Part shown: positions 7,873-18,397 of the stretch, piece after piece
Layout of the letters: each line of letters starts with the position of its first letter
Numbering within the stretch: position 1 is the stretch's first letter
NCBI GenBank assembly: GCA_964521885.1
Contig: CAZFUF010000007.1
Location: 542 to 64,541 of the forward strand
Direction of reading: 5' to 3'
DNA from: an uncultured Sangeribacter sp.
GTDB taxonomy: Bacteria; Bacteroidota; Bacteroidia; Bacteroidales; Muribaculaceae
DNA length: 64,000 bases
Made by a program: the position numbers and the translations under genes
The notes under the pieces: generated by a model
Told to the model about the DNA's origin: nothing
The model's database searches: none
Seen by the model: the letters and a program-made list of their open reading frames with translations, nothing else

Positions 7873-10497
7873 ATGAACGAGTTAGCTACAAAATACAATC
7901 CCTCGGAAGTTGAAGGGAAGTGGTATGAGTATTGGATGGAGCATCGTCTGTTTCATTCAGAACCCGATGAGCGTGAACCTTACACAATTGTTATTCCTCC
8001 TCCGAACGTGACAGGAATCCTCCACATGGGTCATATGCTCAATAACACGATTCAGGATATTCTTGTCCGTAGAGCCCGAATGAAAGGCAAGAATGCCCTG
8101 TGGGTGCCTGGCACTGACCATGCTGCAATCTCCACTGAGGCAAAAGTAGTAGCTAAACTCGCTGCGGAAGGAATAGAAAAGAAAAGCCTCAGCAGAGAAA
8201 AATTCCTTGAGCATGCCTGGGATTGGACTAACAAATATGGCGGCATTATTCTGAGCCAATTGCGTAAGCTCGGTGCTTCATGTGATTGGGAACGCACAGC
8301 ATTCACCATGGACGAGACGAGATCCAAATCAGTCATTAGAGTGTTTTGCGATCTCTTCAACAAGGGCTTGATTTACCGTGGTGTCCGCATGGTCAATTGG
8401 GATCCGAAAGCATTGACCGCCCTCAGCGATGAAGAAGTAATCTATAAAGAGGAGCAGAGCCATCTTTTTCACTTGAGATATATGGTGGAGGGTGAAGATG
8501 GAAAATATATTGTTGTTGCCACCACTCGCCCTGAAACCATCCTCGGAGATACCGCTGTCTGTGTAAACCCCAATGATCCCCGTTATGAATGGCTGAAAGG
8601 TAAAAGGGTTATCGTGCCGCTTGTTGGTCGCTCTGTGCCCATTATCATGGATGATTATGTAGAAATGGATTTCGGCACGGGATGTTTGAAGGTCACTCCT
8701 GCTCACGATGTAAATGATTATATGCTCGGTGAGAAATATAACCTTCCTTCCATTGATATTTTCGAGGATAACGGCACTATCTCACCCCGTGGTGAAATGT
8801 ATGTAGGAATGGATCGCTTTGATGTCCGTAAAAAAATAATGGAAGATCTTAAAGCGGCCGATCTGGTAGAGAAAGTGGAGGATTACGTCAACAAAGTAGG
8901 CCATTCCGAACGTACAGACGCTGTGATCGAACCCAAACTGTCGACACAATGGTTCGTTAAGATGGAGGGTTTGGCAAAGCCCGCTCTACAGGCCGTTGAG
9001 GATGACGATATACGTTATGTCCCTGCCAAATTCAAAAATGTTTATCGCCATTGGATGACCAATATCAAAGACTGGTGTATTTCACGTCAGCTTTGGTGGG
9101 GCCATAGAATTCCGGCCTACTTCCTTCCTGACGGTTCCTATGTAGTGGCTGAGACGATAGAGGAAGCGCTTGAGAAAGCTATTGAAAAATCCGGCAATCT
9201 GGAGTTGACAATTGATGATCTTAAACAAGATCCTGATTGTCTTGACACCTGGTTCTCATCCTGGTTATGGCCTATCTCTCTCTTTAATGGTATTCTTGAT
9301 CCTGATAATAAGGAATTTAAATACTATTATCCAACAGCCGATCTTGTAACCGGTCCTGATATCATTTTCTTCTGGGTTGCCCGAATGATAATGGCAGGAT
9401 ATGAATTTGCTGGTAATAAGCCGTTCTGTAATGTGTACTTCACTGGAATCGTACGCGACAAGATAGGACGTAAGATGTCAAAGACTCTCGGTAATTCACC
9501 CGATCCGTTGGAACTTATCGATCGCTTCGGTGCCGATGGTGTCAGGATGGGTCTTATGTTGGCTGCTCCGGCAGGAAACGACATCATGTATGATGATTCC
9601 CTCTGTGAACAAGGACGTAATTTCTGTAATAAGATTTGGAATGCTTTCCGTCTTGTGAAAGGGTGGGAAGTTGATGATAACGCCCCACAGCCTGAACCGT
9701 CAGCCCGGGCTATCGAATGGTTTAATGCCAAGGTTAACGAAACTCTCGCGGAAATCGACGACCTTATGGGTAAATTCAGAATCTCAGAAGCTTTGATGGC
9801 TGTCTACAAACTTTTCTGGGATGAATTCTCATCATGGTATCTTGAAGTAATCAAGCCGGCTTACGGCGCTCCGATTGACGGAACCACTTATCGTGCCACT
9901 CTTGATTTTTTCAACTCTCTTCTTTTGATTCTCCATCCCTTCATGCCCTTCATCACTGAAGAATTGTGGCAACACCTTGCTGAACGTCACCCCGGTGAAA
10001 GCATCATGACTCAACGCCAGCCTGATGCTCAGTATTTTAATCCGGAATTACTATCGGAATTCGAGAAACTTAAAGAAGTGGTTGCCGGTATCCGTACCGT
10101 CAGAAAACAACGTCAGCTCCCGAATCGAGAACCTCTTGAACTCCTTGTCAAAGGTAATCATAACCCACTCTTTGATTCTGTATTGATGAAGATGGGTAAT
10201 ATTACTGAGATTAAAAATATTGAGGAAAAGAATGGCGTTTGTGCGTCATTTATGGTAGGTGCTACAGAATATAGCATTCCATTGGCAGGGAACATCAACG
10301 TAGAGGAAGAACGTGAGAAACTCAATACCGAACTTAAACGGTATCAGGGATTCCTTGCCGGAGTGGAGAAGAAATTAAGCAACGAACGTTTCGTCGCCAA
10401 TGCTCCTGAGCAAGTTGTAGCTCTTGAACGCAAAAAGCAAAGTGACGCTAAAGAAAAAATTGCAGCAATTGAGCAAGCACTCGCTGCCCTGGGTTAA
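7873..10497 (+). CDS. valS: Valine--tRNA ligase
   Basis: [13 protein letters not shown] (HIGH motif), [12 protein letters not shown] and KMSKT. Start moved from 7771 to the ATG at 7873 (MNELATKY), which resembles the usual ValRS N-terminus. Confidence 0.98.
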   Translation: MNELATKYNPSEVEGKWYEYWMEHRLFHSEPDEREPYTIVIPPPNVTGILHMGHMLNNTIQDILVRRARMKGKNALWVPGTDHAAISTEAKVVAKLAAEGIEKKSLSREKFLEHAWDWTNKYGGIILSQLRKLGASCDWERTAFTMDETRSKSVIRVFCDLFNKGLIYRGVRMVNWDPKALTALSDEEVIYKEEQSHLFHLRYMVEGEDGKYIVVATTRPETILGDTAVCVNPNDPRYEWLKGKRVIVPLVGRSVPIIMDDYVEMDFGTGCLKVTPAHDVNDYMLGEKYNLPSIDIFEDNGTISPRGEMYVGMDRFDVRKKIMEDLKAADLVEKVEDYVNKVGHSERTDAVIEPKLSTQWFVKMEGLAKPALQAVEDDDIRYVPAKFKNVYRHWMTNIKDWCISRQLWWGHRIPAYFLPDGSYVVAETIEEALEKAIEKSGNLELTIDDLKQDPDCLDTWFSSWLWPISLFNGILDPDNKEFKYYYPTADLVTGPDIIFFWVARMIMAGYEFAGNKPFCNVYFTGIVRDKIGRKMSKTLGNSPDPLELIDRFGADGVRMGLMLAAPAGNDIMYDDSLCEQGRNFCNKIWNAFRLVKGWEVDDNAPQPEPSARAIEWFNAKVNETLAEIDDLMGKFRISEALMAVYKLFWDEFSSWYLEVIKPAYGAPIDGTTYRATLDFFNSLLLILHPFMPFITEELWQHLAERHPGESIMTQRQPDAQYFNPELLSEFEKLKEVVAGIRTVRKQRQLPNREPLELLVKGNHNPLFDSVLMKMGNITEIKNIEEKNGVCASFMVGATEYSIPLAGNINVEEEREKLNTELKRYQGFLAGVEKKLSNERFVANAPEQVVALERKKQSDAKEKIAAIEQALAALG

Positions 10498-10502
10498 ATA
10501 AC

Positions 10503-10528
10503 TATATTCCTAACGTATATTCCTAACG
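10503..10528. repeat. Tandem 13-bp duplication just after the valS stop
   Basis: TATATTCCTAACG x2, with a partial third copy at 10531. Confidence 0.85.
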
Positions 10529-10559
10529 GATATATTTTATAATACTGTGTTTATAGTTG

Positions 10560-10597
10560 CCCCGTTTCATCAGTTAATTGGTGAAACGGGGTATTTT
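10560..10597 (+). terminator. Intrinsic terminator of valS
   Basis: CCCCGTTTCATCA / TGGTGAAACGGGG stem followed by TATTTT. Confidence 0.75.
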
Positions 10598-10722
10598 GTA
10601 TTAATACGGATGTGTAGATGTATTATGTCCGATTCCCCAAAAAATGTTAACGTATGGGAAAAGAGCTTTAACTTTTCGCTTCTTTGATTGTTAAAATAAT
10701 AAGAATAAGAAAAATCAAAGTT

Positions 10723-11244
10723 ATGAAAAAGATAGGAAAATATTTAGTAGTGTTAGGAGTCACCTTGGTGACGGCTTTCTCATTAAGTGCACAGAATTCA
10801 TTGCCGGCGCCCGGTAGCGGTGGGGGAGGAGGAGGTTCTCTTCCTGCTCCGGGAAGTGGCGGATCATTTAATCCTGCTCCTTCCGGAGGACCCGGCGGTC
10901 CCGGTTGGGGTGGAGGTGGACCCGGATGGGGTAGCCCATGGGGACCAGGATTCGGTTCGAACTCATTGATCAATAGTCCTTCATGGCAGAATGCCGGTGT
11001 AGAGAATGTCATGGCATGTGGCTATGACGCGCAGGGTATCTGGCGCACTCTTCCTCTGACTGTCTCTTACAGTTACAATGGCATCAATTATAATGTTACT
11101 GTTATCAATGCATGGAATCCATGGACTGATATGTGGAATAGAAATATTGATATGCCTGCATATTCCACGAGTTATTACGCACGAGGAGTAACATATAATT
11201 ATTACGCGCCCCTCTCGACAGGAACATATTACTTCAATTTATAG
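10723..11244 (+). CDS. Hypothetical secreted protein with a Gly/Pro/Trp-rich N-region and a Tyr/Asn-rich C-domain
   Basis: MKKIGKYLVVLGVTLVTAFSLSA signal peptide (start moved to ATG 10723); SLPAPGSGG x2 and GPGW/GPGF repeats. Confidence 0.8.
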   Translation: MKKIGKYLVVLGVTLVTAFSLSAQNSLPAPGSGGGGGGSLPAPGSGGSFNPAPSGGPGGPGWGGGGPGWGSPWGPGFGSNSLINSPSWQNAGVENVMACGYDAQGIWRTLPLTVSYSYNGINYNVTVINAWNPWTDMWNRNIDMPAYSTSYYARGVTYNYYAPLSTGTYYFNL

Positions 11245-11303
11245 AGTAATATAGTTTAGAGTATACTAAGCGATTGATATTTTAATCAGAAATTCTACAA
11301 TAC

Positions 11304-11347
11304 AAAAAAGAGATTAGAGAGCCATGAAGCCTTCTAATCTCTTTTTT
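11304..11347. terminator. Bidirectional terminator between convergent genes
   Basis: AAAAAAGAGATTAGA / TCTAATCTCTTTTTT, a perfect 15-bp inverted repeat. Confidence 0.85.
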
Positions 11348-11390
11348 ATAGCTTTTTTATAAGCTGATTAAGACTTTTTATCACCGATTT

Positions 11391-13904
11391 TTATTCCATC
11401 TCTCCGTAGCCGCTTGAATCCATGGGTTCGGTTTGGTCATTTCGCTTTGGTTGCTTCGACTTCATGTTTCCGAATGCATACTTTATGGTGAGCTGAATTC
11501 GGCGACCTCCTCTCCAACGCTTGCTGAATTGTGTGTAATCAATACCATATACTGTACTCTTGAATTTACGGGAGTCGAAGATATTGCGTGCATTCAGAGA
11601 CACGGACCAATTGCCGAATACCCTTCTCAGACCGGCATCCACCGCCCATCCTCCTTGATGGCTACCTTGGGCATCCAGATGACTGGAAGAATAATTACCG
11701 CTTGCCTGGAAAGAGAGTTGCCATGGAAGACGCACATTTGCCATGACTCGGATATCCCAAGCGAAACTGTTTCTGCTATCACCGCTAATATCAGCCATGG
11801 TTCCCATAAGAGTAGGGATTGAGGCTTTCCATGCCTTTATATGGTTGTTATATAGGTTGAGGGTAGTGGTCAGGTCAAGATGACTCTTGAATAATGAGTT
11901 CTTGACAACTATCTCGCACCCTGAATTAACCTGACTTGCCACGTTAGCGCCTGTGGTATACATCACATTGTCAATCATATAGCTGACATTGTTGATCATG
12001 TTGTCTGCCGTTCGTACGTATGCTGAAAGACTAATTAAATGGAAGGTCCATGATTTCAGGTAATTCAATTCAAAGGAGTTCGAATATTGAGGTTCAAGTT
12101 CCGGATTTCCATATCTGATGCTCGTTGGATTCGATATGTCGCGGAATGAATTAAGTTGCCCGCCCCACGGACGACGTATACGGCGAGTATAATTAATCTG
12201 GATCTCATTATCTTTTGGCAAAGAGTATGAGAGGAATAATGAGGGGAAAAGTGCAAAAAAGTTTTTGTTATAATACCCTTTGTCCTTTTCAGATTCACCG
12301 TATTCGAGAGATTTTGTATGCACCTGCCAAGCCTCACCCCTGAGTCCGGCGGAATATGAGAAATTTTTAAATCTTCCGCCAAGAGTGACATATAGCGCTG
12401 AGACATCATTATTATAAATGAACCGGTTGTAGAGATCCGGATTAATTGTGAGATTGGCATGATCAGTGCCTTGCAGAGTGCTCACAGGAGAGTCTTCCCG
12501 GTCATATTTCCCCTGAAATCCCGCCTCAAGTTTTAAGTATTCTGAAAATCGGTTGGAGTAATCAATCTTTGCTTCGATTGAATTTACATTTATTTCCTGA
12601 GATTGTGACTGAATTTCGGGTAAGGTCGTCTCTTGCTCAGTCCTCACGTCATCCGTTTGAAGCCATGTTTCCTGTTGCACATATTCCGTGGTATTCGGTC
12701 CTCCCCAATGGTTATAACCGACCATAACCTCAAGAGAATGTTCATCACCAAATTTATGCGAGTACCCGGCTTCTCCGTGCCAACCGCGATTATCGCCCAT
12801 CTGATGTTGAGAATTTAAGTTTGAGACCCAATGATTCGGGAGATTGGATACATAATCAGTCTCACTACGTCCCCAACGGTGTCCAAACATGCCGAATCCA
12901 TTTACATATACTTCATCAAACGCCGTGATATGATAAGTTGCTCCAAGTCTGACAAAGATATTATTGCCATGATTACGGCTTATTCCGTCGGAATTAAGAA
13001 AGTCACCTGACTCATAATTCCTTCGTGTCTCGCTTCCCCCTTTGCTGTGACGCATTCTGAAACCTACACTTCCGAAAAGATCCCAGCGCGGAGAACTGTA
13101 ATTGATGCTGACCCCTGCGTTTCCTCCTCCTTGGGAATTTCCGCCTATTTCCGCACTGCCGTAATACCCTGCCTTGCGATCCTTTTTAAGGATAATGTTG
13201 ATGATGCCGGCCGTCCCCTCCGGACTATATTTGGCTGATGGGTTGGTGATCACTTCAATCTTATCGATTGTTTCTGCCGGAATCTGCTCCAAAATCTGAG
13301 CCCGGTTATCTGCTGTTAATCCCGATTCCTTCCCATTTATCCAAATTGTAACGGATGAATTACCTCTCAGGGAAACCTCCCCATCCTGATCCACTTCAAC
13401 AGAAGGGATGGATTCAAGCAATTCGGATGCCGATTGACCGGCGGCAGCTATATTGGCGTCGACTGCAAATACCTTCTTATCCAAATCAAATCGCATCTGC
13501 GACCTTATTCCTTCCACCACCACTTCCTGAAGAACCTTACTGTCATCATGAAGTGTTATTGTCCCCATATTCACGTCCTCATTACCAACTTTGACAGGAC
13601 GTTCCTGCTCAACACTTCCGATGTTAGTAATTCTGACAATATAATTCCCATCGTTGACAGCGGTTATGGTGAAGCGCCCGGTATCATCGGTAGAAGCTCC
13701 TATTGGAAGAGCTTTCCCTTCTGTATCCAGCAGTTGAATGTTGACAAAATCCATTGGCTCACCTGTGGATTGATTAATTACACGTCCGGAAATATTCCCT
13801 TTTGCATAATTCAGGGCGGGAAGGGTAAAAAGAATAACTGACAGAAAATTTTTAATAAAGAATCGCTTGCTGCCGATTAAATTGAATAATGGAAAAAATG
13901 ACAT
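11391..13904 (-). CDS. TonB-dependent-receptor-like outer membrane beta-barrel with an N-terminal carboxypeptidase-regulatory-like domain
   Basis: ISGRVI...TDDTGRFTI N-domain, plug motif LLESIPSVEVDQDG...IEVITNPSAKY, and barrel motif GNPELEPQY; no SusD partner nearby. Confidence 0.85.
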   Translation of the reverse strand: MSFFPLFNLIGSKRFFIKNFLSVILFTLPALNYAKGNISGRVINQSTGEPMDFVNIQLLDTEGKALPIGASTDDTGRFTITAVNDGNYIVRITNIGSVEQERPVKVGNEDVNMGTITLHDDSKVLQEVVVEGIRSQMRFDLDKKVFAVDANIAAAGQSASELLESIPSVEVDQDGEVSLRGNSSVTIWINGKESGLTADNRAQILEQIPAETIDKIEVITNPSAKYSPEGTAGIINIILKKDRKAGYYGSAEIGGNSQGGGNAGVSINYSSPRWDLFGSVGFRMRHSKGGSETRRNYESGDFLNSDGISRNHGNNIFVRLGATYHITAFDEVYVNGFGMFGHRWGRSETDYVSNLPNHWVSNLNSQHQMGDNRGWHGEAGYSHKFGDEHSLEVMVGYNHWGGPNTTEYVQQETWLQTDDVRTEQETTLPEIQSQSQEINVNSIEAKIDYSNRFSEYLKLEAGFQGKYDREDSPVSTLQGTDHANLTINPDLYNRFIYNNDVSALYVTLGGRFKNFSYSAGLRGEAWQVHTKSLEYGESEKDKGYYNKNFFALFPSLFLSYSLPKDNEIQINYTRRIRRPWGGQLNSFRDISNPTSIRYGNPELEPQYSNSFELNYLKSWTFHLISLSAYVRTADNMINNVSYMIDNVMYTTGANVASQVNSGCEIVVKNSLFKSHLDLTTTLNLYNNHIKAWKASIPTLMGTMADISGDSRNSFAWDIRVMANVRLPWQLSFQASGNYSSSHLDAQGSHQGGWAVDAGLRRVFGNWSVSLNARNIFDSRKFKSTVYGIDYTQFSKRWRGGRRIQLTIKYAFGNMKSKQPKRNDQTEPMDSSGYGEME

Positions 13905-14303
13905 TTTAATTATTACAGTCTAAGAGTGGAATGTGTGGATACCACGATTAAGGTTGTGAATTTTCAAATCGATGAGGGGAGAAGCCGGGAAGATAAATAA
14001 GCGTATTCCCATCCACTGAATATTATGACCATTAATTTCGATAAAGGTTTATGCCGGGTGAAAAGTAGATATGGACGGTCCGATATTTTTTCAATTATTT
14101 TTCCTTTTCTTGACGAAAAAAATACTATCATATTATAGAAATATATAGAAATTTCTTAATTTTGTTTTTTAAAATTTACGGAGTGTTATTTCTGTTCTGA
14201 GAAGAAGAAGTTTGAAATAAGAACCGTTGAATATTTTTTCAAATCCAACATGTCTGCGCATAGCGATTCTGATTTCGCGCAGCTTGCTAAAATATTATGT
14301 GAT

Positions 14304-15404
14304 ATGGACAACCAGAAAAAGGTAGTGGAAACAAGCAATGTAAAAGCTGACGGGAGTAAAAAGATTGTTCTCAGCGGAATCAGAAGCACAGGGAATTTGC
14401 ATCTCGGCAATTACTATGGAGCATTAAGTAAATTCGTCAGGATGCAAGATGATTTTGATTGCCGTTTCTTTATCGCTGACCTTCATGCTCTCACTACACA
14501 CCCCGATCCTTCAACACTTCACGGAAATGTGAAAGATATCATAGCTGAATATATAGCTGCAGGTCTCGATCCGGAGAAGAACATACTTTATGTGCAAAGT
14601 GATATTCCTGAAATATCGGAAATGTATCTGCTGATGAATATGCATGTTGGTATCGGGGAATTGATGCGTACCGCTTCCTTTAAAGATAAAGCCCGCAAGG
14701 CGCTCGGCATTTCTTCAGACGGAGATGAAATCGAAAAGGAGATAATCGGCAATCAGACCAATCAGCGTGTGAATGCCGGTTTGTTGACATATCCCACGCT
14801 TATGGCTGTAGATATTTTGATTCACCATGCAGACTTTGTGCCTGTCGGTAAAGATCAGGAGCAGCATCTTGAATTGACCAGACGTTTCGCTCGCCGTTTC
14901 AATTCTTTCTATAAAGTGGATTATTTTGGAGAACCTGTCAATTTCAATTTCGGAGGAAGCGCCATTAAAGTTCCCGGCCTTGATGGTTCGGGAAAGATGG
15001 GGAAGAGCGAAGGGAATTGTATCTATCTGATAGATGATGAGAAAACCCTCCGCAAGAAGGTTATGCGTGCAGTTACTGATGAGGGTCCGAAAGTTCCTGA
15101 CTCACCGGTTTCTCAACCGGTCGAAAACCTATTCACTCTTATGGATTTGGTGTCGACACCGGATACAGTCGAACATTTCCGAAAAGCATACGCTGATTGC
15201 TCAATCCGTTATGGGGATATGAAAAAGCAATTGGCGGAAGATATCCTTAAAGTAACACTTCCGATTCGAGAAAGAATACTCGATATACGAAATAATGACG
15301 AGTATCTGTCGAAAGTGGCTAAACATGGTGCCGAAAGAGCTCGTGAAGCAGCCTCAAAGACTCTGCGTGAGGTTAGAGAAATAATGGGTATCCGCAGCCT
15401 TTAA
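14304..15404 (+). CDS. trpS: Tryptophan--tRNA ligase
   Basis: SGIRSTGNLHLGNY (HIGH), YPTLMAVDI, VPVGKDQ and KMGKS. The start is uncertain (14250 or 14304). Confidence 0.96.
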   Translation: MDNQKKVVETSNVKADGSKKIVLSGIRSTGNLHLGNYYGALSKFVRMQDDFDCRFFIADLHALTTHPDPSTLHGNVKDIIAEYIAAGLDPEKNILYVQSDIPEISEMYLLMNMHVGIGELMRTASFKDKARKALGISSDGDEIEKEIIGNQTNQRVNAGLLTYPTLMAVDILIHHADFVPVGKDQEQHLELTRRFARRFNSFYKVDYFGEPVNFNFGGSAIKVPGLDGSGKMGKSEGNCIYLIDDEKTLRKKVMRAVTDEGPKVPDSPVSQPVENLFTLMDLVSTPDTVEHFRKAYADCSIRYGDMKKQLAEDILKVTLPIRERILDIRNNDEYLSKVAKHGAERAREAASKTLREVREIMGIRSL

Positions 15405-15422
15405 TATTATCCCCCGCGCCCG

Positions 15423-16652
15423 ATGATATTAAATTGGATTTGGATCGGTTTTCTTGTGATCGCCTTTTTAATGGCTTTAGGGAGAACTGTCTATGCCGGC
15501 GACCTGACGGTCTGGAGTGATATTATGAATGCCTCGTTTGATCAATCGGCATTCGCTTTTCAAGTATCATTGGGATTGACAGGCGTATTGACATTCTGGC
15601 TCGGTATTATGAAAGTCGGAGAGCGTGGTGGGGTTATCGAATTTCTCGGAAACCTGATAAGTCCATTCTTTTCCCGCTTGTTTCCGGGTATTCCGAAGGG
15701 GCATCCTGCAATGGGAGCTATCTTTATGAATATCTCCGCTAATATGCTCGGACTTGACAATGCAGCCACTCCTATGGGTTTGAGGGCTATGCAAGAAATG
15801 CAATCCCTTAATTCGAAGAAAGATACGGCCACTGACGCCATGATAATGTTTTTGGTGCTTAATAGCAGTGGCTTGTGCCTTATCCCCGTGAGCATCATGA
15901 TGTATAGGGCACAAGGAGGTGCGTCAAATCCGACGGATATATTTATTCCGATTCTCCTTGCAACCTCCATCGCCACGCTAATAGGACTGACGGCAATCTG
16001 CCTGAAACAGAAAATCCGGATGGATCGGGTGATTTGGAGTTGGTTGGGAGGTATTGCGTCACTCGTTACGCTGATTACATGGTATTTTTCCTCTTTGCCT
16101 AACGATAAAGTTCAGCTTTATTCAACATTTGCTGCCAACATACTTCTTTTTCTGGTGATTATAATTTTCTTAATTGCCGGTATCAGAAAGCATATAAATG
16201 TCTACGATACATTCATAGAAGGAGCAAAAGAGGGATTCAAGACTGCAGTGATGATAATACCTTATCTTGTTGCGATTTTAGTGGCCATTGGAATGTTCAG
16301 GGCTTCCGGTGCCCTTGATATTTTCACCGGATGGATTGAATCTTTGGTGAATGCTTTGGGGTGTGACACAAGATGGGTGGGTGCCCTCCCGACCATGATA
16401 ATGAAACCGCTCAGCGGAAGCGGGTCCTGCGCCATGATGCTTGATGTGATGCAGGCAAATGGAGCGGATGCTTTTGTGAGTAAGTTGGCAGCTGCCGTCA
16501 GAGGAAGCACTGACACCACATTTTATATTCTTGCCGTCTACTTCGGATCTGTCGGAGTTGTTAAAACCCGTTATGCAGCGGGATATGCCCTCCTTGCCGA
16601 TATCACCGGAGCCATAGCCGCAGTAATCATAGCATACTTCTTCTGGGGATAG
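15423..16652 (+). CDS. Nucleoside-recognition (Gate) domain membrane protein, SpmA-SpmB fusion type
   Basis: NMLGLDNAATP, MKPLSGSGS and STDTTFYILAVYFGSVG; multi-pass hydrophobic. Confidence 0.88.
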   Translation: MILNWIWIGFLVIAFLMALGRTVYAGDLTVWSDIMNASFDQSAFAFQVSLGLTGVLTFWLGIMKVGERGGVIEFLGNLISPFFSRLFPGIPKGHPAMGAIFMNISANMLGLDNAATPMGLRAMQEMQSLNSKKDTATDAMIMFLVLNSSGLCLIPVSIMMYRAQGGASNPTDIFIPILLATSIATLIGLTAICLKQKIRMDRVIWSWLGGIASLVTLITWYFSSLPNDKVQLYSTFAANILLFLVIIIFLIAGIRKHINVYDTFIEGAKEGFKTAVMIIPYLVAILVAIGMFRASGALDIFTGWIESLVNALGCDTRWVGALPTMIMKPLSGSGSCAMMLDVMQANGADAFVSKLAAAVRGSTDTTFYILAVYFGSVGVVKTRYAAGYALLADITGAIAAVIIAYFFWG

Positions 16653-16843
16653 GAGTTAACCTTGTCTTCATATATGGAGGCGGCTTCAGAAGATTGGTAT
16701 TGTCGATATAATATTTTTTTCTTAATTTTGTGGTTTGATAATGCAAGACGTTTTATTACGATAATGAGATTGTTGCGCTATCTAAAAGATTGATTAGTAG
16801 TTGATTATTTTTTTGCTTAATATTTAAGAATATATATATAAAA

Positions 16844-18391
16844 ATGGCAAAACAGGAAGATGTCTTCAAGACGATTGTAGCCCATGCGAAGGAATACGGT
16901 TTTGTGTTCCAGTCAAGTGAAATATATGATGGTCTGTCCGCAGTGTATGATTACGGACAGAACGGTGTGGAACTGAAAAACAACATCAAACGTTATTGGT
17001 GGGAAGCCATGACGATGCTCCACGACAATATTGTGGGTATTGATTCAGCCATTTTTATGCATCCTACAATATGGAAAGCTTCCGGACACGTGGATGCTTT
17101 CAATGATCCCTTGATTGATAACAAGGATTCCAAGAAACGTTATCGTGCTGACGTTCTAATCGAAGATGAGATTGCAAAGATAGATGAGAAGATAAATAAA
17201 GAAGTTGCGAAAGCAGCCAAACGTTTTGGTGAGAGCTTTGACGAGACAATGTTCCGCCAGACGAATCCTCGTGTGCTTGAACATCAGAAGAAGCGTGACG
17301 AATTGCATCAGCGGTTCTCCGATGCCATGAATGCCAATGACTTGGCTGATTTGCGTCAGATTATTCTTGATTACGAAATAGTGGATCCGATCAGCGGTAC
17401 GAAAAACTGGACAGACGTACGCCAGTTTAACCTGATGTTTAAAACAGAGATGGGATCCACGGCTGATGGAGCAATGGATGTCTATCTCCGTCCTGAGACA
17501 GCTCAGGGTATTTTCGTGAATTATCTCAATGTTCAGAAGACTGGCCGTATGCGTATACCATTTGGAATCGCCCAGATTGGGAAAGCGTTCCGTAATGAGA
17601 TCGTTGCCCGTCAGTTTATCTTCCGTATGCGTGAATTTGAGCAGATGGAGATGCAATTTTTCGTTCGTCCGGGAGAAGAGTTGAAATGGTTTGATTATTG
17701 GCGCAAGACCCGTCTTGAATGGCATAAGGCACTCGGGCTGGGTGATGAGAAATATCGGTATCACGACCATGAGAAATTGGCACACTATGCAAACGCTGCC
17801 ACTGATATTGAATTTATGATGCCTTTCGGCTTTAAGGAAGTGGAGGGTATACATTCACGCACAAACTTTGACTTATCTCAACACGAGAAATTCTCAGGTA
17901 AGAACATAAAATATTTTGATCCCGAACTCAATGAAAGCTACGTTCCTTTCGTGATTGAAACTTCCATTGGTGTTGACCGTATGTTCTTGAGCGTTTTGTG
18001 CAGCTGTTATGAGGATCAGGACTTGGGTAATGGCGACCGCCGTGTCGTTCTTCATTTCCCGGCTCCTCTGGCTCCGGTGAAATGTGCGGTTCTTCCTCTC
18101 GTGAAGAAAGACGGACTTCCCGAGAAAGCACGCGAGATCCAACACCGTCTCAAATTTGACTTCACATGCCAGATCGATGAGAAGGACTCAATCGGTAAAC
18201 GTTACAGACGTCAGGACGCTATCGGTACTCCTTATTGCATCACTGTGGACCATCAGACTCTCGAAGATAATACCGTGACGCTCAGACATCGTGACAGCAT
18301 GGAGCAAGAACGTGTGAATGTTGATGAACTCGAACGTATCCTCAGCGAGAAAGTGAATCTTAACACCCTTCTCCGTAAACTTGATAAATAA
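16844..18391 (+). CDS. glyQS: Glycine--tRNA ligase (homodimeric class II type)
   Basis: YLRPETAQGIF, FRNEI...FRMREFEQME and an anticodon-binding domain (SIGKRYRRQDAIGTP). Confidence 0.97.
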   Translation: MAKQEDVFKTIVAHAKEYGFVFQSSEIYDGLSAVYDYGQNGVELKNNIKRYWWEAMTMLHDNIVGIDSAIFMHPTIWKASGHVDAFNDPLIDNKDSKKRYRADVLIEDEIAKIDEKINKEVAKAAKRFGESFDETMFRQTNPRVLEHQKKRDELHQRFSDAMNANDLADLRQIILDYEIVDPISGTKNWTDVRQFNLMFKTEMGSTADGAMDVYLRPETAQGIFVNYLNVQKTGRMRIPFGIAQIGKAFRNEIVARQFIFRMREFEQMEMQFFVRPGEELKWFDYWRKTRLEWHKALGLGDEKYRYHDHEKLAHYANAATDIEFMMPFGFKEVEGIHSRTNFDLSQHEKFSGKNIKYFDPELNESYVPFVIETSIGVDRMFLSVLCSCYEDQDLGNGDRRVVLHFPAPLAPVKCAVLPLVKKDGLPEKAREIQHRLKFDFTCQIDEKDSIGKRYRRQDAIGTPYCITVDHQTLEDNTVTLRHRDSMEQERVNVDELERILSEKVNLNTLLRKLDK

Positions 18392-18397
18392 AATCCT

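Noticed and set aside
10668-11012. Pro-rich minus-strand ORF
   Set aside because: It is the mirror of the Gly-rich plus-strand gene (GGN codons read as CCN); the signal peptide is on the plus strand.
7873-18391. Clustering of three aminoacyl-tRNA synthetase genes (valS, trpS, glyQS)
   Set aside because: They have separate promoter motifs and unrelated genes between them; this is ordinary core-genome proximity.
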